Shown here piece by piece: positions 1 to 26,134 of a DNA stretch of 64,000 bases; within the stretch, counting starts at the first letter, position 1; the number at the start of each line of letters is the position of its first letter. The DNA is from Macrostomum hystrix. Lineage: Eukaryota > Animalia > Platyhelminthes. The notes under the pieces were generated by a model. It did not search any database. It saw only the letters and a program-made list of their open reading frames with translations, and was not told the DNA's origin. The position numbers were made by a program, and so were the translations under genes. The stretch covers positions 18,786,001 to 18,850,000 of the forward strand of contig CATNEN010000038.1 in the NCBI GenBank assembly GCA_950097015.1. Direction: 5' to 3'.

Positions 1-180
1 TGGATTGGATTAGATTGGATTGGATTGGATTGGATTGGATTGGATTGGATTGGATTGGATTGGATTGGATTGGATTGGATTGGATTGGATTGGATTGGAT
101 TGGATTGGATTGGATTGGATTGGATTGGATTGGATTGGATATGATTGGATTGGATTGGATTTGATTGGATTGGATTGGAT
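1..180. repeat. (GGATT)n pentanucleotide microsatellite, intronic
   Basis: Near-pure TGGAT units from base 1 to about 180; lies past the GT donor at 235 of the minus-strand polyQ gene. Confidence 0.95.
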
Positions 181-235
181 CGGGTAAAATTGAGTTTAGT
201 TATATCAGATTGGTGTACTATTTCGGTGGACTTAC

Positions 236-13299
<13,064 letters not shown>

Positions 13300-13946
13300 C
13301 AAATTTTTAGCTTTTTTCGAAGTTTCTTTTCTAAAAATTCCTAGAAATCAGGGTCAATGCTTCGGGAACAATCTTCCATGGGAAAAAATCTTTTTTTTCT
13401 CTCCCTAATAGGACAGCTTAGGCTTGTTCAATCTAAGCTGTGCTTCAATGTCCAAAATCTTTGTCAACTTTTATTTAGTTACCTTTGCCGGCAATATGCG
13501 GCGCTCTCAAAACCACCCACCTCCCTCCTTAGACCGGCGAGTGAGATGAATGCTCACAATTAAGCTGTGACCAAGAAAAATCTGCATTTTCTCTCTATCC
13601 ATTTTTTTCTGTTCAACAGTACAGCAATGCCACAGCCGCGGCAGCACCAGCAGCAGCAGCAGCAGCATGCAGTACACTTGTTCCGAACGTGAAATCTTGT
13701 CTGTTTGCACTATGCCTAGCTCATCGCGAGCAGACCAGTTTCAAGGCTTATCGCAAAAGCTAAGTGTATTTTTTGGCAAGAGAACTGCCTCGGTCAAGAA
13801 GACAGTATAATAGAACTAGACCATTCAATTAGATGGCTGATGGTTGAAGTTTTTAATCACTGGGTTAATAGAAATGAAGCAAGCCATTCCTCATACATTT
13901 TTTCGCTTAAAATTGGCACTTCAAAATATATGAAGACTAAAGAACG

Positions 13947-15330
13947 ATTATCTAACAGGTGGAATATTCCACTTATCTAACAGGTGGAATATCCCCATTA
14001 TCTAACAGGTGGAATATCCCCATTATCTAACAATTAGAACATTCCCATTATCTAACAGTTGGAATATCCCCATTATCTAACAGTTGGAATATCCCCATTA
14101 TCTAACAGTTGGAATATTCCCATTATCTAACAGTTGGAATATTCCCATTATCTAACAGTTGGAATATTCCCATTATCTAAGAGTTGGAATATCCCCATTA
14201 TCTAAAAGGTAGAGTCTACCAATTATCTAACAATTAGAATATTCCCATTATCTAACAATTAGAATATTCCCATTATCTAACAGTTGGAATATCCCCATTA
14301 TCTAACAGTTGGAATATCCCCATTATCTAACAGTTGGAATATTCCCATTATCTAACAGTTGGAATATTCCCATTATCTAACAGTTGGAATATTCCCATTA
14401 TCTAAAAGGTAGAGTCTACCAATTATCTAACAATTAGAATATTCCCATTATCTAACAGTTGGAATATCCCCATTATCTAACAGGTAGAGTCTACCAATTA
14501 TCTAACAATTAGAATATTCCCATTATCTAACAGTTGGAATGTTCCCATTATCTAACAGGTGGAATCTACCAATTATCTAACAATTAGAATATTCACATTA
14601 TCTAACAGGTGGAATCTACAAATTATCTAACAATTGGAATATCCCCATTATCTAACAGTTGGAATATCCCCATTATCTAACAGGTGGAATATTCCCATTA
14701 TCTAACAATTAGAATATTCCCATTATCTAACAGTTGGAATATCCCCATTATCTAACAGTTGGAATATTCCCATTATCTAACAGTTGGAATATTCCCATTA
14801 TCTAACAGTTGGAATATCCCCATTATCTAACAGGTAGAATCTACCAATTATCTAACAATTAGAATATTCCCATTATCTAACAGTTGGAATATCCATATTA
14901 TCTAACAGGTAGAATCTACCAATTATCTAACAATTAGAATATTCCCATTATCTAACAGGTAGAATCTACCAATTATCTAACAATTAGAATATTCCCATTA
15001 TCTAACAGGTAGAATCTACCAATTATCTAACAATTAGAATATTCCCATTATCTAACAGGTAGAATCTACCAATTATCTAACAATTAGAATATTCCCATTA
15101 TCTAACAGGTAGAATCTACCAATTATCTAACAGTTGGAATATCCTCATTATCTAACAGTTGGAATATCCCCATTATCTAACAGTTGGAATATTCCCATTA
15201 TCTAACAGTTGGAATATTCCCATTATCTAACAGTTGGAATATTCCCATTATCGCACAGTTGGAATATCCCCATTATCTAGCAGGTAGAATCTACCAATTA
15301 TCTAACAATTAGAATATTCCCATTATCTAA
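13947..15330. repeat. 25-bp minisatellite (ATTATCTAACAGTTGGAATATTCCC)
   Basis: Tandem 25-mers with alternating variants; lies between the divergent polyQ and Delta-like genes. Confidence 0.95.
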
Positions 15331-15900
15331 TAGGTCTAACAGATTTTTTGTAGAAAAGTGACCCCATTGAGTTTTTAGTCTGTTTGACTTAGTTTAGTTT
15401 ACATGTCTGACTGACTAGTGCAGTTTATTATACTGGAGTTAAGTTCTATAGTTACTACTTTTAGCAATAAATATAGAAGATAATCAGAATCTTAGTCACG
15501 AATCGGAAAAAACAATAGCCGAACCTGTTTAGGGCAATAAAGTTAAATAAATATCAAGCAAAAAAAGAAATGAAAACTAATGGAAAACTAATGCTTAGAT
15601 TAAGAAACAGAAATAGGTCCAGATGGAGGTCACGCACAGTTCATAGGCAAAATGAAATCTCACTCACTGCAAGACAATAAACAGCTGGATCACACAATGC
15701 CAAACTTTTGTACGCATACGGAAATGTACAGTTGAGTCCAGTCTTTCCATGTGCGTGGCAACAGCGCACGAGACAACTTAAAAGCTGTCGTTAAATGAAG
15801 AACGAAAAAAGGGTTTAGCTCTTCTAGGCCAAGCGATAAAAATCCACTCTACCTTGTTGTCTGCCAATGCCAACAATATAATTTCGTTGTTAATTAAGAA

Positions 15901-18900
15901 ATGGCGAATTTTAATCTAGTAATATTGCTGACATCGTTGTTCATTGCTGTAAGTAACCTTACTTACTTACTTAGTAGAGGTTGTAGCCAGTAGAGGTTGT
16001 AGCCAGTAGAGGTTGTAGCCAGTAGAGGTTGTAGCCAGTAGAGGTTGTAGCCAGTAGAGGTTTTAGCCAGTAGAGGTTGTAGCCAGTAGAGGTTGTAGCC
16101 AGTAGAGGTTGTAGCCAGTAGAGGTTGTAGCCAGTAGAGGTTGTAGCCAGTAGAGGTTGTAGCCAGTAGAGGTTGTAGCCAGTAGAGGTTGTAGCCAGTA
16201 GAGGTTGTAGCCAGTAGAGGTTTTAGCCAGTAGAGGTTGTAGCCAGTAGAGGTTGTAGCCAGAAGAGGTTGTAGCCAGTAGAGGTTGTAGCCAGTAGAGG
16301 TTTTAGCCAGTAGAGGTTGTAGCCAGTAGAGGTTGTAGCCAGAAGAGGTTGTAGCCAGTAGAGGTTGTAGCCAGTAGAGGTTTTAGCCAGTAGAGGTTGT
16401 AGCCAGTAGAGGTTGTAGCCAGTAGAGGTTGTAGCCAGTAGAGGTTGTAGCCAGTAGAGGTTGTAGCCAGTAGAGGTTGTAGCCAGTAGAGGTTGTAGCC
16501 AGTAGAGGTTGTAGCCAGTAGAGGTTGTAGCCAGTAGAGGTTGTAGCCAGTAGAGGTTGTAGCCAGTAGAGGTTGTAGCCAGTAGAGGTTGTAGCCAGTA
16601 GAGGTTGTAGCCAGTAGAGGTTGTAGCCAGTAGAGGTTGTAGCCAGTAGAGGTTTTAGCCAGTAGAGGTTGTAGCCAGTAGAGGTTTTAGCCAGTAGAGG
16701 TTTTAGCCAGTAGAGGTTGTAGCCAGTAGAGGTTGTAGCCAGTAGAGTTTGTAGCCAGTAGAGGTTGTAGCCAGTAGAGGTTTTAGCCAGTAGAGGTTGT
16801 AGCCAGTAGAGGTTGTAGCCAGTAGAGGTTGTAGCCAGTAGAGGTTGTAGCCAGTAGAGGTTGTAGCCAGTAGAGGTTGTAGCCAGTAGAGGTTGTAGCC
16901 AGTAGAGGTTGTAGCCAGTAGAGGTTGTAGCCAGTAGAGGTTGTAGCCAGTAGAGGTTGTAGCCAGTAGAGGTTGTAGCCAGTAGAGGTTGTAGCCTAGT
17001 GGTTAGGGCGTCGGACTCACGACTTGAAGGTCGGGGGTTCGATTCCCGACTCCACCGAAACAATTTTTGTCCTTTAGCAAGACACTTAACTCTGCATTGC
17101 TTCAGTTCACCCAGCTGTTAATTGGGTACCAGCATCTGCTGGGATAATTGAAGGTGGGTGTGGCGTCCCCCAGTCCATGGACTGAACAGCTGTACGCAGC
17201 CTTCAGATGCGCCGCGCAATAGCTGCGGCTGTGCTGTCGGCTGCACGTCTGGCCCAATTGGGGCAGGTGTAATCAAATCATTATCAATGATTAAACTTCA
17301 GGCACAAACGGGTCAAGCTTCAGCCACAGTGCAGATTCAGGTAAACTTTATCTACTACAAAAATCCCAATGGTTTTGACGCCAATGGGAATTCATGCGAC
17401 CCAGCCGGTGGAGCCTGCGATCCGCTGTTTGCCATCACGCTTAAAACACCAGACGGGCAAGTCCATAACTTACGGTTAATTGTTGAATTTCTGGGTCTTT
17501 TAATTACAGCTAAAAAACAAGACACTGAACATTGCAGAGGTGAATTAAAAGTTACTACAGACCGGAAGTCTGACTCTAACAGCATTGCGTTTGGCGATAA
17601 GATTGTCAATATTGACAACCCAGTGGTGTACTCACGGCCGAGCTACCAGGTGAGACTTTACCGTAGATTGTTAATCTATCCCACAATAGATGAATAAATA
17701 GAATGGATTGCTAATCTATCCTATGATAAAGGCACAGAATGGATTGCTAATCTATCCTATGATAAAGGAATAGAATGGATTGCTAATCTATCCTATGATA
17801 AAGGAATAGAATGGATTGCTAATCTATCCTATGATAAAGGCATAGAATGGATTGCTAATCTATCCTATGATAAAGGCATAGAATGGATTGCTAATCTATC
17901 CTATGATAAAGGAATAGAATGGATTGATAATCTATCCTATGATAAAGGAATAGAATGGATTGCTAATCTATCCTATGATAAAGGAATAGAATGGATTGCT
18001 AATCTATCCTATGATAAAGGCATAGAATGGATTGCTAATCTATCCTATGATAAAGGCATAGAATGGATTGCTAATCTATCCTATGATAAAGGAATAGAAT
18101 GGATTGATAATCTATCCTATGACAAAGGCATAGAATGGATTGCTAATCTATCCTATGATAAAGGAATAGAATGGATTGCTAATCTATCCTATGATAAAGG
18201 CACAGAATAGATTGCTAATCTATCCTATAATAAAGGCATAGAATGGATTGATAATCTATCCTATGATAAAGGAATAGAATGGATTGCTAATCTATCCTAT
18301 GATAAAGGCACAGAATGGATTGCTAATCTATCCTATGATAAAGGAATAGAATGGATTGCTAATCTATCCTATGATAAAGGAATAGAATGGATTGCTAATC
18401 TATCCTATGATAAAGGAATAGAATGGATTGCTAATCTATCCTATGATAAAGGCACAGAATGGATTGCTAATCTATCCTATGATAAAGGAATAGAATGGAT
18501 TGCTAATCTATCCTATGATAAAGGCACAGAATGGATTGCTAATCTATCCTATGATAAAGGAATAGAATGGATTGCTAATCTATCCTATGATAAAGGCACA
18601 GAATGGATTGCTAATCTATCCTATGATAAAGGCACAGAATAGATTGCTAATCTATCCTATAATAAAGGCATAGAATGGATTGATAATCTATCCTATGATA
18701 AAGGCATAGAATGGATTGCTAATCTATCCTATGATAAAGGAATAGAATGGATTGATAATCTATCCTATGATAAAGGCACAGACTGGATTGCTAATCTATC
18801 CTATGATAAAGGCACAGAATGGATTGCTAATCTATCCTATGATAAAGGAATAGAATGGATTGCTAATCTATCCTATGATAAAGGAATAGAATGGATTGAT

Positions 18901-21900
18901 AATCTATCCTATGATAAAGGCATAGAATGGATTGCTAATCTATCCTATGATAAAGGAATAGAATGGATTGCTAATCTATCCTATGATAAAGGCACAGAAT
19001 AGATTGCTAATCTATCCTATGATAAAGGAATAGGATGGATTGCTAATCTATCCTATGATAAAGGCACAGAATGGATTGCTAATCTATCCTATAATAAAGG
19101 CATAGAATGGATTGATAATCTATCCTATGATAAAGGCATAGAATGGATTGCTAATCTATCCTATGATAAAGGAATAGAATGGATTGCTAATCTATCCTAT
19201 GATAAAGGCACAGACTGGATTGCTAATCTATCCTATGATAAAGGCACAGAATGGATTGCTAATCTATCCTATGATAAAGGAATAGAATGGATTGCTAATC
19301 TATCCTATGATAAAGGAATAGAATGGATTGATAATCTATCCTATGATAAAGGCATAGAATGGATTGCTAATCTATCCTATGATAAAGGAATAGAATGGAT
19401 TGCTAATCTATCCTATGATAAAGGCACAGAATAGATTGCTAATCTATCCTATAATAAAGGCACAGAATGGATTGCTAATCTATCCTATGATAAAGGCACA
19501 GAATGGATTGCTAATCTATCCTATGATAAAGGCATAGAATGGATTGCTAATCTATCCTATGATAAAGGCACAGAATGGATTGCTAATCTATCCTATGATA
19601 AAGGAATAGAATGGATTGCTAATCTATCCTATGATAAAGGCACAGAATAGATTGCTAATCTATCCTATGATAAAGGAATAGAATGGATTGATAATCTATC
19701 CTATGATAAAGGCACAGAATGGATTGCTAATCTATCCTATGATAAAGGCACAGAATGGATTGCTAATCTATCCTATGATAAAGGCACAGAATGGATTGCT
19801 AATCTATCCTATGATAAAGGCACAGAATGGATTGCTAATCTATCCTATGATAAAGGCATAGAATGGATTGCTAATCTATCCTATGATAAAGGCACAGAAT
19901 GGATTGCTAATCTATCCTATGATAAAGGAATAGAATGGATTGCTAATCTATCCTATGATAAAGGCACAGAATGGATTGCTAATCTATCCTATGATAAAGG
20001 AATAGAATGGATTGATAATCTATCCTATGATAAAGGCACAGAATGGATTGCTAATCTATCCTATGATAAAGGCACAGAATGGATTGCTAATCTATCCTAT
20101 GATAAAGGAATAGAATGGATTGCTAATCTATCCTATGATAAAGGCACAGAATGGATTGCTAATCTATCCTATGATAAAGGAATAGAATGGATTGATAATC
20201 TATCCTATGATAAAGGCACAGAATGGATTGATAATCTATCCTATGATAAAGGCACAGAATGGATTGATAATCTATCCTATGATAAAGGCACAGAATGGAT
20301 TGCTAATCTATCCTATGATAAAGGCACAGAATGGATTGCTAATCTATCCTATGATAAAGGCATAGAATGGATTGCTAATCTATCCGATGATAAAGGCATA
20401 GAATGGATTGCTAATCTATCCTATGATAAAGGAATAGAATGGATTGCTAATCTATCCTATGATAAAGGCATAGAATGGATTGCTAATCTATCCGATGATA
20501 AAGGCATAGAATGGATTGCTAATCTATCCTATGATAAAGGAATAGAATGGATTGATAATCTATCCTATGATAAAGGCACAGAATGGATTGCTAATCTATC
20601 CTATGATAAAGGCACAGAATGGATTGATAATCTATCCTATGATAAAGGCACAGAATGGATTGATAATCTATCCTATGATAAAGGCACAGAATGGATTGCT
20701 AATCTATCCTATGATAAAGGCACAGAATGGATTGCTAATCTATCCTATGATAAAGGCACAGAATGGATTGCTAATCTATCCTATGATAAAGGCACAGAAT
20801 GGATTGCTAATCTATCCTATGATAAAGGCACAGAATGGATTGCTAATCTATCCTATGATAAAGGAATAGAATGGATTGCTAATCTATCCTATGATAAAGG
20901 AATAGAATGGATTGCTAATGTGGCCTCTAGTGTATAAATAAATGGAATGGATTGCTAAACTATTTAGGAGATAACTATTGCTTGATATGTTATGTTTAAA
21001 TACCTGTTACACATTTTGTGATCCTCTGTCAGGGCCAGTTCACTCTCATAGTGCGGGTGGATGACTATGACCCATTCGGCTCATGGGACTACATCGGCAC
21101 ATTCACCTACACCTATGTTGGACCTGCGGGGGCCAACAACGACTTTCGAACTATTTATCCCGTCACCCTTAGAGACGATACCAAATCGGGATCGATGTAA
21201 GTTCTGCCTGTCAATCATTTTTACTGCATATCAGTCTATCAGTGTATCAATCTATTTTTCATTTTCTGTATCTCCCAAATTATTCAACAAAGCGGGGCAA
21301 CTATTTTCCTCTCTATCCGGAATGGCAGAGCATTGGCATCGTCGAGATATTCAACTATTCTTGTCGGGTGGTCTGGTGGCAATAACCACCAGATATGTTG
21401 CCATATTTTTCCATACTGTATCGATTGTATTGTTAAGTGGTTTTGAACCAATATGGATTCGCCATTCGCCATATCTTGACGATGCTGAAGTTAGACGTGG
21501 ACTGAATAGCTGAAGAAGCTATTTTATCCATATGCAAGTATCTGTCAACTTACCTGTCAATCTACATGTCAATCTACCTGTCAATCTACCCGTCAATCTA
21601 TCTGTCAATCTAACTGTCAATCTGCCTGTCAATCTAACTGCCAATCTGCCTGTCAATCTACCTGTCAATCTAACGGTCAATCTACCTGTCAATCTACATG
21701 TCAATCTACCCGTCAATCTACCTGTCAATCTATCTGTCAACTTACCTGTCAATCTACCTGTCAATCTACCTGTCAATCTACCTGTCAATCTACCCGTCAA
21801 TCTACCTGTCAATCTAACTGTCAATCTGCCTGTCAATCTAACTGCCAATCTGCCTGTCAATCTACCTGTCAATCTACCCGTCAATCTACCTGTCAATCTA

Positions 21901-24900
21901 CATGTCAATCTACCCGTCAATCTACCTGTCAATCTATCTGTCAACTTACCTGTCAATCTACCTGTCAATCTACCTGTCAATCTACCTGTCAATCTACCCG
22001 TCAATCTACCTGTCAATCTAACTGTCAATCTGCCTGTCAATCTAACTGCCAATATGCCTGTCAATCTACCTATCAATCTAACGGTCAATCTACCTGTCAA
22101 TCTACATGTCAATCTACCCGTCAATCTACCTGTCAATCTATCTGTCAACTTACCTGTCAATCTACCTGTCAACTTACCTGTCAGTCTACCTGTCAATCTA
22201 ACTGTCAATCTACCTGTCAATATACCTGTCAATCTACCCGTAAATCTACCTGTCAATCTACCTGTCAATCTAACTGTCAATCTGCCTGTCAATCTAACTG
22301 CCAATATGCCTGTCAATCTACCTATCAATCTAACGGTCAATCTACCTGTCAATCTACATGTCAATCTACCCGTCAATCTACGTGTCAATCTATCTGTCAA
22401 CTTACCTGTCAATCTACCTATCAATCTAACGGTCAATCTACCTGTCAATCTACATGTCAATCTACCCGTCAATCTACCTGTCAACTTACCTGTCAATCTA
22501 CCTGTCAATCTAACTGTCAATCTACCTGTCAATATACCTGTCAATCTACCCGTAAATCTACCTGTCAATGTACCTGTCAATCTACCTGTCAATTTAACGG
22601 TCAATCTACCTTTCAATCTACCTGTAAATCTACCTGACAATCTACCTGTCAATCTACCTGTCAATCTACCTGTCAATCTACTGTCAATCTAACGGTCAAT
22701 CTACCTGTCAATCTACTTGTTAATCTACAAGTTAATCTACCTGTCAATCTAACGGTTAATCTAACTGTTTGTCCACCTGATTTTTTGCAGTCTAAGTGTC
22801 CAAATTGCGGTGGCCTGTTTGACAAATTTCTACTCAGCCGATTGTACAAAACTGTGCGTTGCAGCGAATGATGACACAGCGGGTCACTACAACTGCGATT
22901 CATCCGGAAATTTTGTTTGTCTGCCTAGTGAGTTGGAATTATTCTTTTTACGACCGAAAAACTTTAATACTATTTTCTGTATTACTGTTAGTAGCATGAA
23001 ATGAACCTTTGACTTTTCATAGCCTACGATCCGGACAGTTCTTGTCGAAGGACCTTTTGCGACAGTAAAACTCCCTGCAAAAATGATGGCAGGTGTGTCA
23101 ACCAGGACGCCAGCTTTGCCTGCAACTGCGTTGGACTCTGGGGCGGTGAGAGCCTGTGCCACTCTGGATTCACTCTGGATTCACTCTGGATTCACTCTGG
23201 ATTCACTCTGGATTCACTCTAGGTTCACTCCTTGTTCACTCCTTGTTCACTCTGGATTCACTCCTGGTTCACTTCTGGTTCGCTCCTGGTTCACTCCTGG
23301 TTTACTCCTGGTTCACTCCTGGTTCACTCTGGATTCACTCTGGATTCACTCCTGGTTCACTCCTTGTTCACTCCTTGTTCACTCTGGATTCACTCCTGGT
23401 TCACTTCTGGTTCGCTCCTGGTTCACTCCTGGTTTACTCCTGGTTCACTCTGGATTCACTCTGGATTCACTCCTGGTTCACTCCTGGTTTACTCTGGATT
23501 CACTCCTGGTTCACTCCTGGTTCACTCCTGGTTCACTCCTGGTTCACTCTGGATTCACTCCGGGTTCACTCCGGCATCACCATTTCACTCAAAGGCCCCA
23601 CATGCGAAGCGAAGTTATCAGCCTGCGAGTCGGCCACAACGCCCTGCCGCAATGGCGGAACCTGCGTCTCTGGCACCGGTGCGTCCGGCTGCGTCTGCAC
23701 AGCCGGCTTCAACGGCACCTACTGCGAGTTGGACATTGACGAATGCGCCCTGTCCGTTTGCCGGCACTCAACGGCGTGTCGCAACCAGTTTGGCACCTAC
23801 AGCTGCCAGTGCTCAGAGGGTTGGACCGGTAGCAACTGCTCCCAGGATGTCAACGAATGCGCTGCCGTCACAGCCGCTTGCTTCAACGGTGCCACGTGTA
23901 ATAACACGCCGCCGGGTAAGTCTGGGCTCGAAAATGTGCTCTAACTACAACTGTTCTCAAAATATACTCAAACAATAACTGTACTCAAACTTCAGGCAAC
24001 TTCACCTGCCAGTGCCAAACAGGTTTCCGAGGTCGCCTCTGCGAACTGGATGTCGATGAATGCGCCCAGAGTGTTCCACCCTGCCGGCCAGTCTACGAGG
24101 TGTGCCGCAACCTGCAGGGCAGCTACATCTGTCTGTGCGCTCCAGGCTGGACAGGCGAGAATTGCACAGCTCCGTACGTGACCGACGAGCAGGTAGCCGC
24201 CCAGGAGAAAAATCGCCTTCTGATTGGCCTGCTGGTACCGGCTCTGCTGCTGGCTCTGGCTGTCATTGCTGCCTACTTCGGCTATCGACTATTTGTCCGT
24301 CGGCGCGCGCTGAAAGGCAACGGACTGGAGCTGCCGCCTGTGAGGGCGCACTCGTCTGCCAACAGCACGGAGAATGCGTCCTACGTCTACACTGTGGGCG
24401 GCTTCCGGCACAGCGCCGAGGAGAGTCCGTATGAGGACGCTGAGGCTCACTACGCCAAGGTTAGCTGGACCTGGTTTGGAAACTGCTTTGAGAATAGTTT
24501 GAGACTGCTTTGAGAATAGTTTGAGACTGCTTTGAGAACGGTTTGAGACTGCTCTGAGAAGTTTTAGAAAGGTTTAAGAATGGTTTGAGACTGCTTTGAA
24601 AACGGTTTGAGAATAGTTTGAGAATAGTTTGAGAATGGTTTTAGAATGGTTTGAGAATAGTTTGAGAATGGTTTGAGAATGGTTTGAGAATGGTTTGAGA
24701 ATAGTTTGAGAATGGTTTGAAAAGATTTTGAGAATGGTTTAAGAATGGTTTGATAATGGTTCGAGAATGGATTGAGAATAGTTTGAGAATGGTTTGAGAA
24801 TATATATTTTGAGAATGGTTTGAGAATGGTTTGAGAACAGTTTGAGAATGGTTTGAGAATGGTTTGAGAATGGTTTGAGAATGGTTTGAGAATGGTTTGG

Positions 24901-25326
24901 GAATGGTTAAAGAATGGTTTAAGAATGGTTTGAGAATGGTTCGAGAATGCATTGAAAATGGGTTGAGAATGGTTTAAGAATGCTTTGAGAATGCTTTGAG
25001 AATGCTTTGAGAATGCTTTGAGAATGCTTTGAGAATGAAGAAAACAATGGTTTGAGAACGGCGAGTCACAAACGTGCACCGAATGGCTCATTAAACCGCA
25101 GGTGCAGTCGCTAGTCAGAACCGCAGGTGAAGACTACGCGTACGTGGCAGAACGCGAGCCGCCGCCAGACTTCGCCGCTCCGCCGTTGCCGCCGAAGCGA
25201 ACTGTTGAACAGTCGCCAACAGCGCCAGCAGCGCCAGTGTCGGCAATTTCAAACGATATCGGCGAATACACGGATCGCTACGAAGGCATGCAGAATGCTC
25301 CAGAGTACAGAAACACCGATTTGTGA
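15901..25326 (+). CDS. Delta/DSL-family Notch-ligand-like type I membrane protein (signal peptide, C2/MNNL, DSL, 5 EGF, TM, PDZ-binding tail)
   Basis: Exons 15901-15948 (MANFNLVILLTSLFIA), 17302-17456, 17538-17649, 21033-21196, 22791-22927 (DSL: CLTNFYSADCTKLC...DDTAGHYNCDSSGNFVCLP), 23023-23145, 23595-23915, 23996-24459 (Ca-binding EGF DIDEC/DVNEC/DVDEC; TM LLIGLLVPALLLALAVIAAYFGY), 25102-25326 (ends NTDL). All junctions are phase-consistent; 17457-17537 is an inferred GC-AG intron. Confidence 0.85.
15973..16996. repeat. 16-bp minisatellite (AGTAGAGGTTGTAGCC) x64, continuous with SINE 5' end
   Basis: Exact 16-bp period; the last unit is the first half of the SINE A-box region. Confidence 0.95.
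16986..17285 (+). mobile_element. tRNA-derived SINE family A with CORE-like central domain
   Basis: A-box TAGCCTAGTGG 16992-17002; B-box GGTTCGATTCC 17036-17046. The central TGTCCTTTAGCAAGACACTTAACTCTGCATTGCTTCAGTTCACCCAGCTGTTAATTGGG resembles the MIR/CORE consensus as I recall it. Homologous copies at 25502 and 29875. Confidence 0.85.
17670..20960. repeat. 36-bp minisatellite (GAATGGATTGCTAATCTATCCTATGATAAAGGCATA), intronic
   Basis: About 90 tandem units filling Delta-like intron 17650-21032. Confidence 0.95.
21540..22770. repeat. 12-bp minisatellite (TGTCAATCTACC), intronic
   Basis: Tandem units; source of the VNLP/LTGR ORFs. Confidence 0.95.
23160..23590. repeat. 11-bp minisatellite (TTCACTCTGGA/TTCACTCCTGG), intronic
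   Basis: Fills intron 23146-23594. Confidence 0.9.
24470..25060. repeat. 11-bp minisatellite (GAGAATGGTTT), intronic
   Basis: Fills intron 24460-25101. Confidence 0.9.
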
Positions 25327-25501
25327 CGGAGGAAATAGACTAATTCATAGATTCATATTGAAACAATATAGACACTGCATGTACTTTTAACAGGTTTAGC
25401 CGGTGAAAGTAAAACCTAGCCTATGATTTTGTGTCCTAGAATCTTCGCAACTAAAGAAGACAGGTAAGACACATTTCCTGTGGTTTTTATTTTCAGTCTG
25501 T

Positions 25502-25695
25502 ACGACTTGAAGATCGGGGGTTCGATTCCCGGCTCCACTGAAACAATTTGTGTCCTTCATTAACCACAGACACTTAACTCTGTAAATTGAGGGTAAGTGT
25601 GGCGTCTCCCCAGTCCATGGACTGAACAGTTGTACGCAGGCTTCAGATGCGCCGCACACCTGGCCCAATTGTGGCAGGTTTAATCAATTATTATT
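25502..25695 (+). mobile_element. SINE family A, 5'-truncated and internally deleted copy
   Basis: B-box GGTTCGATTCC, GACACTTAACTCTG, the palindrome CAGTCCATGGACTG and the 3' TGGCCCAATTGTGGCAGGT all match the 16986 copy. Confidence 0.8.
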
Positions 25696-26134
25696 GTTGT
25701 TAATAGTTTTTGTTTTGTGAGTGTATATAGTATCGTATTATTTTTTCATTGTTTTTATCAAATATCGTAAGTCATATAATCTCAGTTTTGTATTTCCTGT
25801 CGTAGCTATTCCACTGCCGAGACTTCTCATTCGTTTTTTAATTACACTTTAATTATGACGAAACTTATCGAATGGTTCAGTATTGCTTTTTCCTAATCCT
25901 AGGTTGATTACGAGCTATTTCGTAATTATTTAAATTATAGCAAAGCGGAAACATTGTGAAAAATTTCCAGTCTATTTTTAGACCGAGAGCACACATTCTT
26001 ACACCCGACATTAATGTTTAATTTCCACTTGTCTCTCCCCACCCATGGCCGCCCATTGTGTATTCTGTGTAGCCTTTTTATGAACTCCAGAGCTAGATTA
26101 GACTGCTCAGCGAGGCGGGTGAAAACCAAGCCTT

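Noticed and set aside
13507-13710. 67-aa signal-peptide-like ORF
   Set aside because: Its hydrophobic run is a short CTG repeat. It most likely lies in the 5' UTR/promoter region of the polyQ gene.
16986-17060. Functional tRNA gene (also 30100-30174 and 40066-40165)
   Set aside because: Acceptor and anticodon stems do not pair properly, and each continues into a repeated body. These are SINE-like heads.
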